Assembly: GCF_009914755.1 (NCBI RefSeq)
Contig: NC_060927.1
Length of the DNA: 64,000 bases
Origin: the human T2T-CHM13v2.0 reference genome, Homo sapiens
Strand: one strand, 5' to 3'
Part shown: piece by piece, positions 15,788 through 34,120 of the stretch
Layout of the letters: the number at the start of each line of letters is the position of its first letter
How positions within the stretch are numbered: the stretch's first letter is position 1
Position numbers and translations under genes: made by a program
Notes under the pieces: generated by a model
What the model saw: only the letters and a program-made list of their open reading frames with translations
Told to the model about the DNA's origin: nothing
The model's database searches: none

Positions 15788-18075
15788 TGATATGGTTTAG
15801 CTCTGTTTCTCCACCCAAATCTCATTGAATTGTAATCCCCAGTGTTGGGAGAAGGGCCTGGTGGGAGGTGACTGGATCATGGGCATGGATTCCCCCCTTG
15901 CTGTTGTGATAGTTCTCACAAGACCTGGTTGTTTAAAAGTGTGTAGCACTTCCCTCTTCACACTCTCTCCTGCCGCCATGTGAGGAAGTTGCTTGCTTCC
16001 CCTTTGCCCTTCTGCCATGATCGTAAGTTTCCTGAGGCTTCCCAGCCATGCTTCCTGTAAAGCCTGCAGAACTGTGAGTCAGTTAAACTTCTTTTTTTCA
16101 TAAAGTACCCAGTCTCAGGTAGTTCTTTATAGCAGTGTGAGAACAGACTAATACAGAAAATTGGTACCAGAGAAGTGGGGCATGCTATAAAGATACCTGA
16201 AAATGTGGAAGGAACTTTGGAATTAGATAACAGACAGAGGTTGGAACGGTTTGGAGGGCTCAGAAGAAGGCAGGAAGATGAGGGAAAGTTTGGAACTTCT
16301 AGAGACTTGTTGAATGGTTTTGACCAAAATGCTGATAGTGATATGGACAATGAAATGCAGGCTGAGATGGTCTCAGATGGAGATGAGGAACTTATTGGGA
16401 ACTGGAGCAAAGGTCACCGCAAAGGTCACTTGCTGTGCTTTAGCAAAGAGACTGGCAGCATTGTGTCCCTAACCTAGGGATCTGTGGAACTCTGAACTTG
16501 AGAGAGATGATTTAGGGTATCTGGCAGAAGAAATTTCTAAACAGCATAGTGTTCAAGATGTGGCCTGGGTACTTCTAAATGCCTATGCTCATTTGCATAA
16601 CCAAAGAGAACTTATATTTAAAAGGGAAGCAGGGCATAAAGTTTGGAAAATTTGCAGCCTGACCATGTGGTGGAAAAGAAAAACCCATTTTCTGGAGAGA
16701 AATTCAGGTCAGCTGCAGAAATTTGCATAAGTAAAGAGGAACTGAATGTTAATAGCCAAGACAATAGGGAAAATGTATCTAGGGCATTTCAGAGACCTTC
16801 ACAGCAGCCCCTCCCAACACAGGCCTGGAGGTCTAGGAGGGAAAAATGGTTTCCTGGGCCAGGCCCAGGGCCCCCTGCTCTGTGCAGCCTCAGGACATGG
16901 CGCCCTGCATTCCAGCTGCTCCAGCCATGGCTAAAAGGGGCCAAGATACGGCTTGGGCTGTTGCTTCAGAGGGTGCAAGCCCCAAGCCTTGGCATCTTGC
17001 ATGTGGTGTTGGGCCTGTGAGGCTTAGGAACCTCCACCTAAATTTCAGAGGATGTCTGGAAACACCTGGATGTCCAGGCAGAAGTCTGTTGCAGGGTTTA
17101 GGCCCTCATGGAGAACCTCTACTAGGGTGGTACAGAGGGGAAATATGGCGTTGGAGCCCCCACACAGAGTCCCCACTGGGGTACTGACTACTGGAGCTGT
17201 GAGAAGAAGGCCACCATCCTCCAGACCCCAGAATGATAGATCCACCAACAGCTCACACCATCTAGAAAAGCCACAGGTACTCAATACCAGCCCACAAAAG
17301 CAGCCACAGGGATGGAGCTGCCCAAGGCCATGAGAGCCTGCCCCTTGCATCAGTGTGTCTTGGATGTGAGACATGGAGTCGAAGGAGATTGTTTTGGAGC
17401 TTTAAGATTTATTGACTGCCTGTTGGGTTTTGGGCTTTCATGGGGCCTGTAGTCCCTTTGTTTTGGCCAATTTCTCCCTTTTGATGGGAGCATTTACCTA
17501 ATGTCTGCACTCCCCTTGTATCTTGGAAGTAACTAACTTGTTTTTTATTTTAAAGGATCATAGGCAGAAGGGACTTGCCTTGTCTCAAATGAGACTTTGG
17601 ACTTGGACTTTTGAGTTAATGCTGGAATGAGTTAAGACTTTGGGGGACTGTTGAGAGCATGATCGGTTTCAAAATGTGAGAAGGACATGAGATTTGGGAG
17701 GGGACAGGGGCAGAATGATATGGTTTGGTTCTGTGTCCCCACTCAAAACTCATGTTGAATTGTAATCCTCAGTGTTGGGGGAGGGACCTGGCAGGAGGTA
17801 ATTGGATCATGGGGGCAGATTTCCCTCTTGCTGCTCTTGTGATAGTGAGTGAGTTCTTACAAGATCTGTTTAAGTGTGTATCATTTCCCCCTTTGATCTT
17901 TCTCTCCTGCAACCACGTGAAGAAGTTGCCTGCTTCCCCTTAGCCCTTCTGCCATGATTTTAAGTTTCTTGAGGCCTCACAGCCTGTGGAACTGTGAGCC
18001 AATTAAACCTCTTTTCTTCATAAATTACCCAGTCTCAGGTAGTTCTTTATAGCAGTTTGAGAAGGGACTAATACA
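15788..18075 (+). mobile_element. Complete MaLR element (THE1D/MSTA-like): 5'LTR 15788-16155, internal 16156-17715, 3'LTR 17716-18075
   Basis: Both LTRs run tgatatggttt...ctaataca; purine tract before the 3'LTR; 5-bp TSD gtacc/gtact; inserted in an L1 3'UTR. Confidence 0.93.
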
Positions 18076-18174
18076 GTACTCCATCAATATGTATAATTAT
18101 ATGTCAATTGAATTTTTTTTTTTAAAAAAAGACATTACAACTTTCATATGGGTTGTGCATCTGCTAGTGCTCTT

Positions 18175-18278
18175 TTCTCTCTCTCTCTGTCCCTCTCTCT
18201 CTGCCTCCCCCATCTCCCTCTCCACCCCCCTCCCCCTCTCCCCATCCTTTCCCCTCTCTCCTTCCCTCCCTCCCCTTC
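18175..18278. repeat. CT-rich low-complexity tract
   Basis: ctctctctctctgtccctctctct...cccctctctccttccctccc. Confidence 0.85.
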
Positions 18279-18284
18279 TTAACT

Positions 18285-18597
18285 CACCCAGGAGGAAGCC
18301 AGTTGCCATTTTGTGAGCAGCCCAATGTACAGGCCCATAAGGGAAAAACTGAAGCTTCTTGCCAACAACCACAAGTAAGCTGGGAGGCAGATCCTGCAGT
18401 CTCAATCAGACATCCAAGTGACTGGTGCCCCAGTTAACAGCTTGACTGGAATCTCATGAGAGAGGTTCTGAGCCAGAATCACTCAGCTAAGATGTTCCCA
18501 AATTCCTGAATTGTGAAAACTGTATGAGATAATACATGTTTATTGTTATTTTAAGCAACAAAGTTTGGGAGTAATTTGTTATGTAGCAATAAATAAT
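18285..18597 (+). mobile_element. MLT1-type MaLR LTR fragment
   Basis: ctgagccagaatcactcagctaag...ttttaagcaacaaagtttgggagtaatttgttatgtagcaat, typical MLT1 3' end. Confidence 0.75.
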
Positions 18598-18951
18598 ACT
18601 GTTTGCTTCCTAGGGGGAAAAAAAAAAAAAAAAAAAGCTCTAGGCATCATACTACCTGATTTGAAAACTAACTACAAAGCTATAACAAATCAGTATGGTA
18701 CTGGCACAAAAGCAGACATAGACCAATGGAACAGGACAGAGAGCCCAGAAATAAATCCACACATTTACAGTCAATTGATTTTCCTCAAAAATGCCAAGAA
18801 CACACAGTGGGGAAATGATAATATCTTCAATAAATGGTGCTGGAAAAACTGAATATCCACATGCAGAAGAATAAAATTGGACCTTCATCTCACACCACAT
18901 ACAAAAATCAACCAAAGTGGATTCAAATTTTAAATGTAAGACCTGAAACTA

Positions 18952-19392
<441 letters not shown>

Positions 19393-20048
19393 CTAAAAAG
19401 TTTCAGTGCAGTAAAGGAAACAACAGCGTGGAGAGACAGCCTATGGGATGGGGGGAATTATTTGCAAACCATACACCTGATAAGGGGCTCATATCCAAAA
19501 TATCTAAGGAACTCCGTAGCAAGAAAATAACTCGGTTTTTAAAATGTGCAAAGGACCTGACTAAAGATTTCTCAGAAAAGACATACAAATGGCCAGCAGG
19601 TGTATGGAAAAAATGCTCAACATCACTAATCAGAGAAATGCAAATCAAAACCGCAATGAGATACCACCTCACACCTGTCAGAATGCCTGTTATCAAGAAG
19701 ATAAGAGAATAAGTGTTGGTGAGGATACAAAAAAAAAGGGAACTCCTGTACACTGTTGATAGGAGTGTAAATCAGTATGGGCATTATGGAAAACAGTATG
19801 GAGCTTCCTTGAAAAATTAAAAATAGAGCTACCATATGATCCAGCAATCTCACAACGGGGAATATATCCAAAGGAAATGAAATCAATATGTCACAGAGCT
19901 GTCTGCATTCCCATGTTCACTGCAGCAGCATTCTTAATACCAAAGAAAAGGAGTCAGCCTCGGTGACCACCAACAAATGAATGGATGAGGAAAATGCAGT
20001 CTATATCCACGAAGGAATACCACTCAGCCTTTAAAAAGAAGCAAATCA

Positions 20049-20317
20049 CACTTTGGGAGACCGAGGTGGGTGGATCACGAGGTCAGGAGATCGAGACCAT
20101 CCTGGCTAACACAGTGAAACCCCGTCTCTACTAAAAATACAAAAAATTAGCTGGGCGTGGTGGCGGGCGCCTATAGTCCCAGCTGCTGGGGAGGCTGAGG
20201 CAGGAGAATGGCGTGAACCCAGGAGATGGAGCTTGCGGTGAGCTGAGCTCGCACCACTGCACTCCAGGCTGGGCAATAGAGCCAGACTCCATCTCAAAAC
20301 AAATAAATAAATAAATA
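20049..20317 (+). mobile_element. AluY, 5' truncated
   Basis: gagatcgagaccatcctggctaacac and aatggcgtgaaccc (Y diagnostics); (TAAA)n tail; TSD about agcaaatc. Confidence 0.9.
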
Positions 20318-21551
20318 GAAGAAACAGCAGCAAATCCTGTCATTTGTGACATCATGGATGAAGCTGGAGGACATTATGTTAAGTGAAATAAGCTAGCCAA
20401 AGAAAGATAAATGCTGCATGATGTCACATACAGGGAACGTAAAAACGTCAAACTCAGAAACAAAGAGTGAAATGGTGGTTACTGGAGGCTGGGAGGTTGG
20501 GGAGCTGTTGGTCAAAGGACACAAAATTTCATTTAGGAGGAATAAGTTGAGATCTATCATGTATCTTGGTGATTACAGTTAATAATATATTGTATATTTG
20601 AAAATTGCAAATGGAGTAGATTTTGTTTTTACCATAAAAATATAAGTATATGAGGTAATACATTTAAATAGCCTCATGTAGCCATCCCACAATGTATACA
20701 TATATCAAAACATCATGATGTGCGCCATAATATGTCAAATTGTACTTGTCAATTTAAAAAATAAATCAAGGCAGTTTATGGGATTATCAGGACCTCTGTT
20801 CAAACCAGGACCAGCACACACCAACAAATTATTCTTCCTCAGCCCCTTTCCTATTTTATCAGTCCCCAAGAGTTCCTTTAGTTGTCATTCAAGTCACAGC
20901 ACAATTGAGTAAATTGCAGCATCTTTACATTCAGGTCATGCCTCCCTAAGCATATGCTTTGGATTGGGTTTGAAGAGCCCTCTCGTCTCATCTAATGGTA
21001 GATGAGACACAGGCTTGAGAGCTGGGCAGTGCTAGGCCCTGGGGATGTGGCAGGCCTGAGCTGAGCCCCAGTTCTTGCCATCAGGAAGCCTGACCCTGTC
21101 CCATCTTGTGGCACTTAGCGCACGTTCTACTAGCAGGTCCCTGGGAGCAAAGTCTCTTATCTGGAAATATCTTTAGACTCAGCAATAGCAGCTGGTTCTG
21201 CTGATATTGACTTGGGAGCTTGGAGGATCACAGAGCAGGCTAGGAGCCAGGCCCAGGATATGAAAACAAGCAGCTGCACCTGCCTTGCTCCAGCCCCAGG
21301 GGGCTCCAGCTGTGTTTTCAGGTCACATGCCCACCACTTGGCTATGATGGGTGATAAGGAGGATCTGGGAAGACCCTTCCTATTACCATTTGGGGAAGGC
21401 AGGTAACTGGTCTGAACATTCTCCTGCCATCCTGCCCCCTGCGATGAGGAGATGATCCCTGGATAAGGGCACTGACGGGAGAGGGGAGGGCATTTGAGTT
21501 GTCCAAAAAACAGCAGTGTCCATCATAGCTTTGTTTCTCCTTTGTACCTGG

Positions 21552-22473
<922 letters not shown>

Positions 22474-22491
22474 CCTGACAGAATCTGAATG

Positions 22492-23251
22492 TGTAACCAC
22501 CCAGTGGATTCTTCCTGCCCTCTTCCCAGAGAGAGCTGATTTATCAAGACAGGGGAATTGCAATAAAGAGTTTAATTCACCCAGAGCCGGCTGAACAGGA
22601 GATTGGAGTTTTATTATTACTCAAATCAGTCTCCCTGAGCATCTGAAGGCTAGGGTTTGTCTAAAGTAGACTGTGGGAAGGGGTGGGGATAGGTAGCCAA
22701 CGGGTGCTTGCTGATGACTGGTTGGGGATGCTATCATAGGGGTATGGGAAATGGTCCTCCACGCTGAGTCGAGTGGCTTGCTAATCTGGACGAGGCCACA
22801 CAAGAGGCTGTGGGTCCACGTGGGACCATTTGTTGTCAGGCATGCAAAAAACCCAAAAAGATATATCTAAAGGCCAATCTTAGGCTCTACAATTGTGATG
22901 TTACCTGCAGGAGTAACTGGGGAAGTTGCCCATCTGGTGGCCTCTGGAATAACGGCTGGCAATGGTCTATATCAACACCTTAGCAGACAGAATTCAGGCT
23001 CCTCTATCCTCCTAGCCTGGTGGTCTCTCATTAGCTAACGAGAGACCAAGTTGACTGTACAAAGGCAGTTGAGTATTGGGGAAAGGCTATTATTTAAACT
23101 AAAGTAAACATCTTCCAAAGTTAGCTTGGCCTAAGCACGGGAATAATTAAGGGTAGCTTGAAGGCCAAAGACAAAGTGAGGGTTGGCAGGCGAGATCTTC
23201 TACACTGCCGGAATTTTCTCACTGTTAACAAGTTTTGCAAAGGTGGTTTCA
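22492..23251 (-). mobile_element. LTR8-like ERV1 solo LTR
   Basis: Reverse begins tgaaaccacctttgcaaaa; contains gatttatcaagacaggggaattgcaata; TG..CA ends; TSD aatg/aata. Confidence 0.82.
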
Positions 23252-23743
23252 AATAGATGCGTCTATATCACACCTGAAGATAGTTACAGTCAATTTCCAG
23301 CTTCACGGAATTCTCCCCTGCGCCTTTTTCTTCCCTTTGAGCCTCGAGGATTGCTCAATCGTTCCCTTGGGCAAGACACTGGGCTGGCTGCGGTGAACAC
23401 AAAAGGGAGCCGTACACAGCCCTGCCCTCAGGCACCTGCCGGCTGGGGAAGGACACGTTCAGCAGGAAACGCTCCCATAGCTCTTTCAGCATTTGTTGTT
23501 ATTGTTATACTTTAGTTCTTAAAAAAGATGGCCTAGAGGTTCTTTGCTTTCAGGTTATACATTTGTTCAGGTGGGATGTATTGTCCCAACCTACCTCTAT
23601 GTGACTTTGTTCATTTATTTTGGGCACTTTTAGAAGAGAATCTGGGCTTCGACCTTTGTGAAGATTCACTCTTACCAGGTGCTATTTGTCATAGCCTCTG
23701 TTTTCCATTCTGCTTTTTTCACATTTTATTATCCAAAGGGAGG

Positions 23744-24042
<299 letters not shown>

Positions 24043-24116
24043 TGAAAGCTCTGAAGTCCTCTTACTAGGAGCATTACCTTCCTCCTGATGGTATAAACGA
24101 GCACAGGTTTTCATGT

Positions 24117-24792
<676 letters not shown>

Positions 24793-27700
24793 TGTTTTTA
24801 TAGATATCTGCACATGTTTCTCAAGTTTGGGGTTTATTGAAGGGCCTGATGGGCGGTGTGCGTCCAAGTTCCTTGTCTCCGTGACGTGGGCTAACTGTCC
24901 TAACATTAATCAAGAACTGAGCCAGGGAGGGTGAGTGGAGGTGGGGAAAGGGCCTCGGAGGGCCTTTCTGGCAGGAGGGGTGCCAGGCTGTGTGGTTCCT
25001 TCAGGACTTGGGGCCGCTGGCAGAGTTTCTGGCTTATGTGGCTCTCGGTCCAGGGGCATGTGGCAGGGACGGTGGGCGGGGTGGCATCTGGACACCACGA
25101 CTAGCCCAGGCTTCCGCCCCACCTGGAACCCGTGTGTGCCAGCTTCTGGGTGTGTGTGCAGGCTCTGTTCAACTTGCTGGGCTTCCAGGCAGGGCCCGGG
25201 GCGAGGTTTCTGAACCAGCAGGGTTGAGAATCACTGTGGTTATCAGTCCAGCTCGGTTACACACCCCACCCGGCCTATCTGTGTGTAAATGGCCTAGACA
25301 CCCTTTTTACAAGCTGTAATGAAGGATAATAGCAGCCACCAGCTGCAAACACCACTATGCACAGCCACTTTATTCTCCCCCAGTCACCTGGGAGGGTAGC
25401 TGCTATTATCTCCATTTTCCTCAGAAGGAATTGGCTTCAGAGACCTGCCAGCTAACGAGTTGTATTTGGAGCTTGGGGTGTGCGACTTCCAATTTACCTG
25501 GAATGAACAGTAAAAGCCTTACCGGGAAAGCATGTATTCCCGCAGAATGGCTGTGTGTAAGGGTGTTTAAAAGCTCCTGCCTAGTTCCCAGGGAGCAGCT
25601 CCCCACGCTCGCTCAGTGCCCGCTCAGAGGTGTGGCTGCGCAGGGGCCATCCAAGGGCAGCAGGAATCCACAACCCGCTTTCCATGAAACGAGGCCCGCA
25701 GAACTTGTGAGAGAGGCCCGCTAGAGTGCACTGCCAGGGACCAGTTTGTAACCTGTGCTGTGTGTGTGGGAAGTCAGAGGCGCTGAGAAGGGCCTGCAGG
25801 TGGGAAAGGGCTGATTCTGCCAGACGAGGGTGCCCTGCAGGGGGTGCTGGTTGTCTAGGAGGACGCCCACCGTGGAGGGCTTCTCCTGGGCCAGGTGTCT
25901 CGCGTGCCCTCTTGCAGCTGCTTTCCCAGCCCCTGAAGTGTGTGACGTACTAAAAGAAGCTGACCCCTGGGGTTATGCAGGTGCGGTCACATTCCCAGAG
26001 TGAGGACCGGGGAATCCTGGAAAAAATGACCAGCCTGTCTCCTACTCTGTTTAAAAAAAAAAAAATGTGTGTTGGGGAGGCCGGTGCTCCCCGCTGCGGG
26101 CTGCAGTGAGGATCTGCAGCCACTCTGTTGAATTCAGGCCCACAGTCAGAGCCTGTCGGTCAGTGGTTATTTCCTGAGTGCCAAGTATATGCCAGGCGCT
26201 GTCCTTTGCAATGGGGACAAGCAGGGAGTAGGTCAGACATGGTCTCCCCTCTGGAGGGGACAGAGGTGACACCCTGCCCAGACAACACAGCCTGAGACAT
26301 TGTGACGTGGAGGGTGTGCCGGCTGAGGGCACGGGAGGGACCTGAACCTGTGCAAAACTCTTCCTATTTTTAAAATTTGGACTCCTCCATCTTGCTTCTG
26401 ATCTAATCTTTCATTTCTTTACCCAGCAAAGGAATAGAAAGAAAACAAAGTTCTCTGCAAGTCACCATTCCGCAGAAATCAGAGCAGATCCCTGCAGAAG
26501 TTGAGCAGCAGCTTAGAATGTTGGAGTCAGTGAATTCTAGCATCCAGGTGACCTCAGAGTTCACGGTGCCCCCTTCTCCCACCCAAACACAGGCACCAGA
26601 CTTGGCCCCAGGGGCTGGGAAGCAGTGGGAGGGAGGCTCTGGGGTGAGTGTTCCAGGAAGCAGAGGACAGGAAGCATTCTGTGTCCAGTAGAGAGCTCTG
26701 CAGCCACCAGGGGCAGCTACGTTCTCAAGTGCTGTGTGCTCAGGGAAGAGTCTGCCCAGAGTGGAGATGGGCCCTGCTCAGCATCTGGCCGGGCATACAG
26801 AAGGCGAGGCTGAATTGGCAGGGCTGACACGGTGGGTCAGTGCGGGGACGACTCAATCAGCAGGGGAAGGGCTTCATGGAGTAGGCGGCACTGTCCTCCC
26901 CGCTGAGAAGGTAGACAGGGAAGGAGAGGCGACAGCCTGAGCTGAGCCCATCAGTGGGGAGTCACCTGCAGATGACAGGCCCATCCTGTACCCAGTCAGT
27001 TCTGACTTTACGGAACCCTTGTCATGGCGCTAACGTTGCTCTAATTCACGATTGTCCTGCTTTATTCTACGGAGCTCTGCAGGAGACATGTTTGTGGGAG
27101 AGGGTGGAGCAACTCGGCCTTCACACCCTAGCCAGTGGCGTGAAGGAGGCGGTGCTTGGAGGGGCCCCTGGTGCCCCTGCATCTGCGCCTTCCTCCTGCC
27201 ATCAGGGGGATGGAAACTCTCGCCCAGCTCTCCAGGAGGGGCAGTGTGGCCCACTGGGAAGAGCGAGGCACAGCCCCATCATGGCCCCTGTGTGAGCCGA
27301 ACAAGGCACTGGGCCTCTGAAAAATACAGAACATAAAAGTGATGTTTCATCTGCAGCAAAGGTCCCAGCAATGTGTGGGAAAATGCTTTACAAAGGTCAC
27401 ATGTTACTTGTGGAAGAGGAAAGCCCACAGGGGCCTCATCAATGAACACTGCAGTGAATAAATCATTCAGAGCTTTGGGAATCCTTCTAGAAGCAGTGTA
27501 TTTCCACTCAGCTCTGCTTGCTGAAAGTGTTTTTCCAAAGATGCAGCTCCAGAATCAGATGTCCGTGACTTGCCCAGAGCTGCAGGAAAGGCTTCCTGCG
27601 GTGCCATCTTCTGGCCAGGCGGGGCGGACTCCAGGCCCCCGGGGTGGGGGTCTGAGCTCCCAATGGGTGGCCCCAGCTGATCAGAGGCTCCATCCCAGGG

Positions 27701-27999
27701 GCCTCCTCTCTCAGGGCCATCCATGGCCATCTTTCTGCCACCAGTCTCCTCACACCACATCCTGGGTCCTCTCTAAAGCTTTCCCCAAGGAAAACGGCAG
27801 TTTGACACCTGTCCACCTGCTCCAGGGACACACCACACCTATGCCGAGGAAGCGAGTTTTCCCATCTCCACTCCTCCTGAGGGCAGGACTGTGTCTGGCT
27901 CACTCCTGTGTCATCCCTGGCACAGTCAATAGTTACCGAGTGCCAAGTATATGCCAGGCGCTTGGTGAGACAGAGTGCGTGTTGCTGTCCTTTAAGTCA

Positions 28000-29177
<1,178 letters not shown>

Positions 29178-29513
29178 ACTTAGGAATGATTTTTGCAGGG
29201 TCAGGGGGTAAATGTCATTAGTACCTTGTTGAATGCATACATGCCTGATGAATGAACAAGCCTCTACGGCTTCGGGGGCAACAGGATAGGCAAGATGGGA
29301 CATGCTAGACATGTACTCGCATGCGCTCACATACTCAGTCTTTTCCTGAGCTTGACCCTAAGTGCAGGGCCTGTCATCTGCCTTCTGCCCCAGCTAGGGG
29401 TGTGGTTGGCTCTAGAGCCTGGCAGGGTCTGCTGTTGAGCTGCTAGGTGGGGCTGGGTTGGGTCCAGCCTAACTGGCCGGGTGCTCTGAGGGGACCTCAG
29501 CTTCACATTGAGG

Positions 29514-29828
<315 letters not shown>

Positions 29829-29983
29829 TGAGAGAAGCTGTAGTCCCCCATTCCAGACATCTGTTCCCTCAGATCCCTGTGCTTTGCCTATCTCAAAGGT
29901 CAGCATTGGGTCCTAGTAGTCTTGGGGTCCACATCCCAGCCCCTAGCAAACTTGGGCCTGATGGTTTGCCCAACCCAGCCTCT

Positions 29984-30303
<320 letters not shown>

Positions 30304-30952
30304 CAGCCTCTTCTCTCTAGATGAATGAGTCGGCCCATCCTCCTCCAGCATGCCCATAGCCCCCACCCCCACACCACCCCTGCCTCATCTCCACATGAGA
30401 TGAGGTTTCCAGGTAACTGCCTCCCTTTATACTCACCGCTGCTGGCCTCTCCGTGACCCCATCAGTCCCTCTCTAAGTGGCATAATGTGGGCCCAGGTGA
30501 CTCCCTGATTGACTCAGAAGGCACTGGATAGCTCTAGCAATTCGCTGCCTGTGACCCTTGGAAATGATGATGGGGACAGCAAAAATCCCTTTGGGATAGG
30601 ACTGACCTCTTTGGACCCCCAGTGATGTGAAAGGACCTCAGTGAATTCTAGCTGGACTGGCTGATCTTCCACTGGCCTCTTGGTGACTCGTCAGAGATCT
30701 CCACTGTGTGCCCCATGTTCATCCAGATATTTGGTTTCCCGAGGTATCTTCATTTGGTTTCCCCGGGAACCCCAAATATCTGACGTGCTTCCCACATACT
30801 CAGTGCAGCCTCTGAATTAGGCTGGAATTGCCTCATTATTCCAGGTTCTCAGGGAAAACACGCTCTGGGAATCCCCTGTTCAGCTCACACCTGGCCCACG
30901 GTGAACCTCCCCTCCTGGTACTGTGTGGCCTTCCCACTTTTCCCGAGAGCTC

Positions 30953-31750
<798 letters not shown>

Positions 31751-33319
31751 TCAAGCCAGGCTGGCGCACAGAGTGATGTGGCACCAAGGGCAACCTCGGG
31801 CGATACCTGAGGGCTGAGCTGTAGTTCCCTCGAGGCAAGGGATGCCCTCGTGGCCTCAGCTGTGGGGCGAAGAGAAAATGGGCTGCAAAGCAGGGCAGGG
31901 TTTTGTTGCAGCGGCTCAACAAGTGGTAAAGCAGCAAGGCTGGCTTTGGAATCAGAAGTCTGGGGCTCTGACCTTGCCACTTCCTGCCATGTGACCTTTA
32001 AAGTTAACTCTTGGCTGCTTCGCAAGAAACTCGCCAATATCCCTGCCCTGTCCACCACACAGAGTTGATGGGTCTAGCAGATAAGCTGCCATCTGGGAAG
32101 ATGCTACGTAAACTGCAGGTCCCTGTTCAGACATTGTGGTGTTCTGCTGATCCACGATGCCTTGTATTTTGTCATCATCTTTGTCCTGGGAGGAATCACT
32201 GGGGTTTGACAACAGGTGACCAGCTAGGTGTCATACAGGGCCAGGATGGTCCCCCCGGATCCCAAGCTTTCTCATCTCCTATCTCGAGTCACACACAACT
32301 TCAGGCTGGGGACTGGGGAAGACAGGAAGAAATGAAGCCTCACCCCTTTCTCCAACCCACCTGGCCCATGAACTCTCCAGCCACGAAAGGGGTCACTCCT
32401 CCGTGGAGGCCCATTAGTTTCATGACGCACACTCCCAGCCCAGCTGCTAGTCTCTTCCAGCAGGTGCATGAGCAGGTTTGGCCACGGCCTCAACCCACTT
32501 CCAGGCACAGATCCAGCAAAATCAGACTCCATGTGTACTCACTGTCCTAGGAGTTGACATCATCAAAATAACTTACTGGGTCGTTTCTGATTGTAAAAGT
32601 AATTGTATCTTCATTTCAGAAAAGTAGAAAATTTAAAACAAACACTATTAATCTTGGCACATTCCTTTTGCCTTTTTATTTCCATCAATTTCCCGTATCT
32701 CCCTGATTCCTGAAGAATTCCATCTGACCTCTAACTGCCCCTTCCTGACCCTACCGCAGGGAGGCTGAGTCCAGAGATCCTTCTTACTCCCTTCATTCAG
32801 CATAGAACTAGGGTGGGACAGTAAGGGTTAAGGGCATTACCAATTCCCAGTGACTGAATTGTAATGAGGATGAGATGCTAAATTAAAGTTTATTGCAGAA
32901 TAAAAGTGTGTGCAGTCAGCATTTGTAAGAGGCTACAATGAGATGCCTTCTAGGACTTGGCAATACAATTAGGTAGAGAGTTAAAACAGTAGAGTGCACA
33001 CGCAGATGAGATGCGCTGTCTGCAGGAATCACTTTAAAAGATCAGTTAGCTTTAGGAAAGGCAGAGCTAGTCTTGAATGCTAGTCAAGAGGTGATTAAAC
33101 ATGGAAGAAGCAATGGCCTCATCAGAGCATAGAGATATTTGCAGAGACATGGTATAGGGTGCGGGGTGGGGGGGCATGGTATGGAGGACAGAGAAGGGGA
33201 CAAAGAGGGAAGCCTGTCAGTGTTTCTCCTCCACTGTGTTGGGACCAGGTGCACTGAGGTAGACGAGGCACTAGTCTGTGGGAAGGTATCTGCTGGGTTA
33301 GGGGGATGGAGTAATGCAG

Positions 33320-33540
33320 ACAATGGGCCAAGAGTGCGGACTCTAGAGCCAAAGTGACCGGGTTCAAACCCTGACTGCCACTCATGTACGAGCTGTGCCA
33401 CACTGGGTAAAGATGTGGACTTCTTGAGCTCTTTTCCTGATCTGTGAAATGGGGCTGCTTTAATCTCCCTCACAGGGTTGCTGTGGAGATTATGCATAGA
33501 AAGCTTAAGGTAGCCATTGAACTATAGTTAATATTAACAA
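33320..33540 (+). mobile_element. MIR SINE
   Basis: gggttcaaaccctgactgccactcat...tctgtgaaatgggg...ctcacagggttgctgtggagatt. Confidence 0.75.
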
Positions 33541-34114
33541 GGATTTTATTACTGATAATGACTTTATTTAGCAGTTCCTAGGAAGGTTGTTCAATAGACT
33601 CCAACCCTTGAAGCTGTTCTTTTCTGAGTATGGACTTGCCGCGCTGAGGCCTGGCCCCTGAGTCTTGGTGACCAAGCGACCCCCCCAAGCTCTGCCGGGC
33701 AGCAGCCTCCCTCGATGCCTGATCTTCAGTTAGAACTGCAGCCAACACTGCCCCACATGACACGTGTAAGCCGAACAGAAAGGCTGTAACTGCGTGTGAA
33801 ATAAATGCTATTTGGTGGTGGTGGGGGGGGGGGGGTATCAAGTTTTATTTGCTATAAACCCAATGTAGCCAGAGTTCTGGGAGTTATCATGAGTGGTGAC
33901 TCTGAGTAGATACTGCGGACAGTACAGTTTATCTGCACCTCATTGAGGTCTTGTAAAGGTTTAATGGGGTAATGGCCATACGCTATTTCCTAGCACGTAG
34001 GAAAGACCTGATATATAAATGTTTCACACTTTGCAAACGTGAGTTTTGGTTTTGGGGTTGGGTACACTCCAAAACAGCAGATTTGTTCTGGTATAAAAGA
34101 AAAAAAAAATCACG

Positions 34115-34120
34115 TTTATT
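34115..34120 (-). terminator. Candidate C3orf70 polyadenylation signal (AATAAA on -)
   Basis: tttatt on +; on the - strand it is followed by a U-rich tract; an alternative hexamer lies at 33844-33849. Confidence 0.6.

Noticed and set aside
16175-17374. Several 90-150 aa ORFs
   Set aside because: Decayed MaLR internal sequence, not host genes
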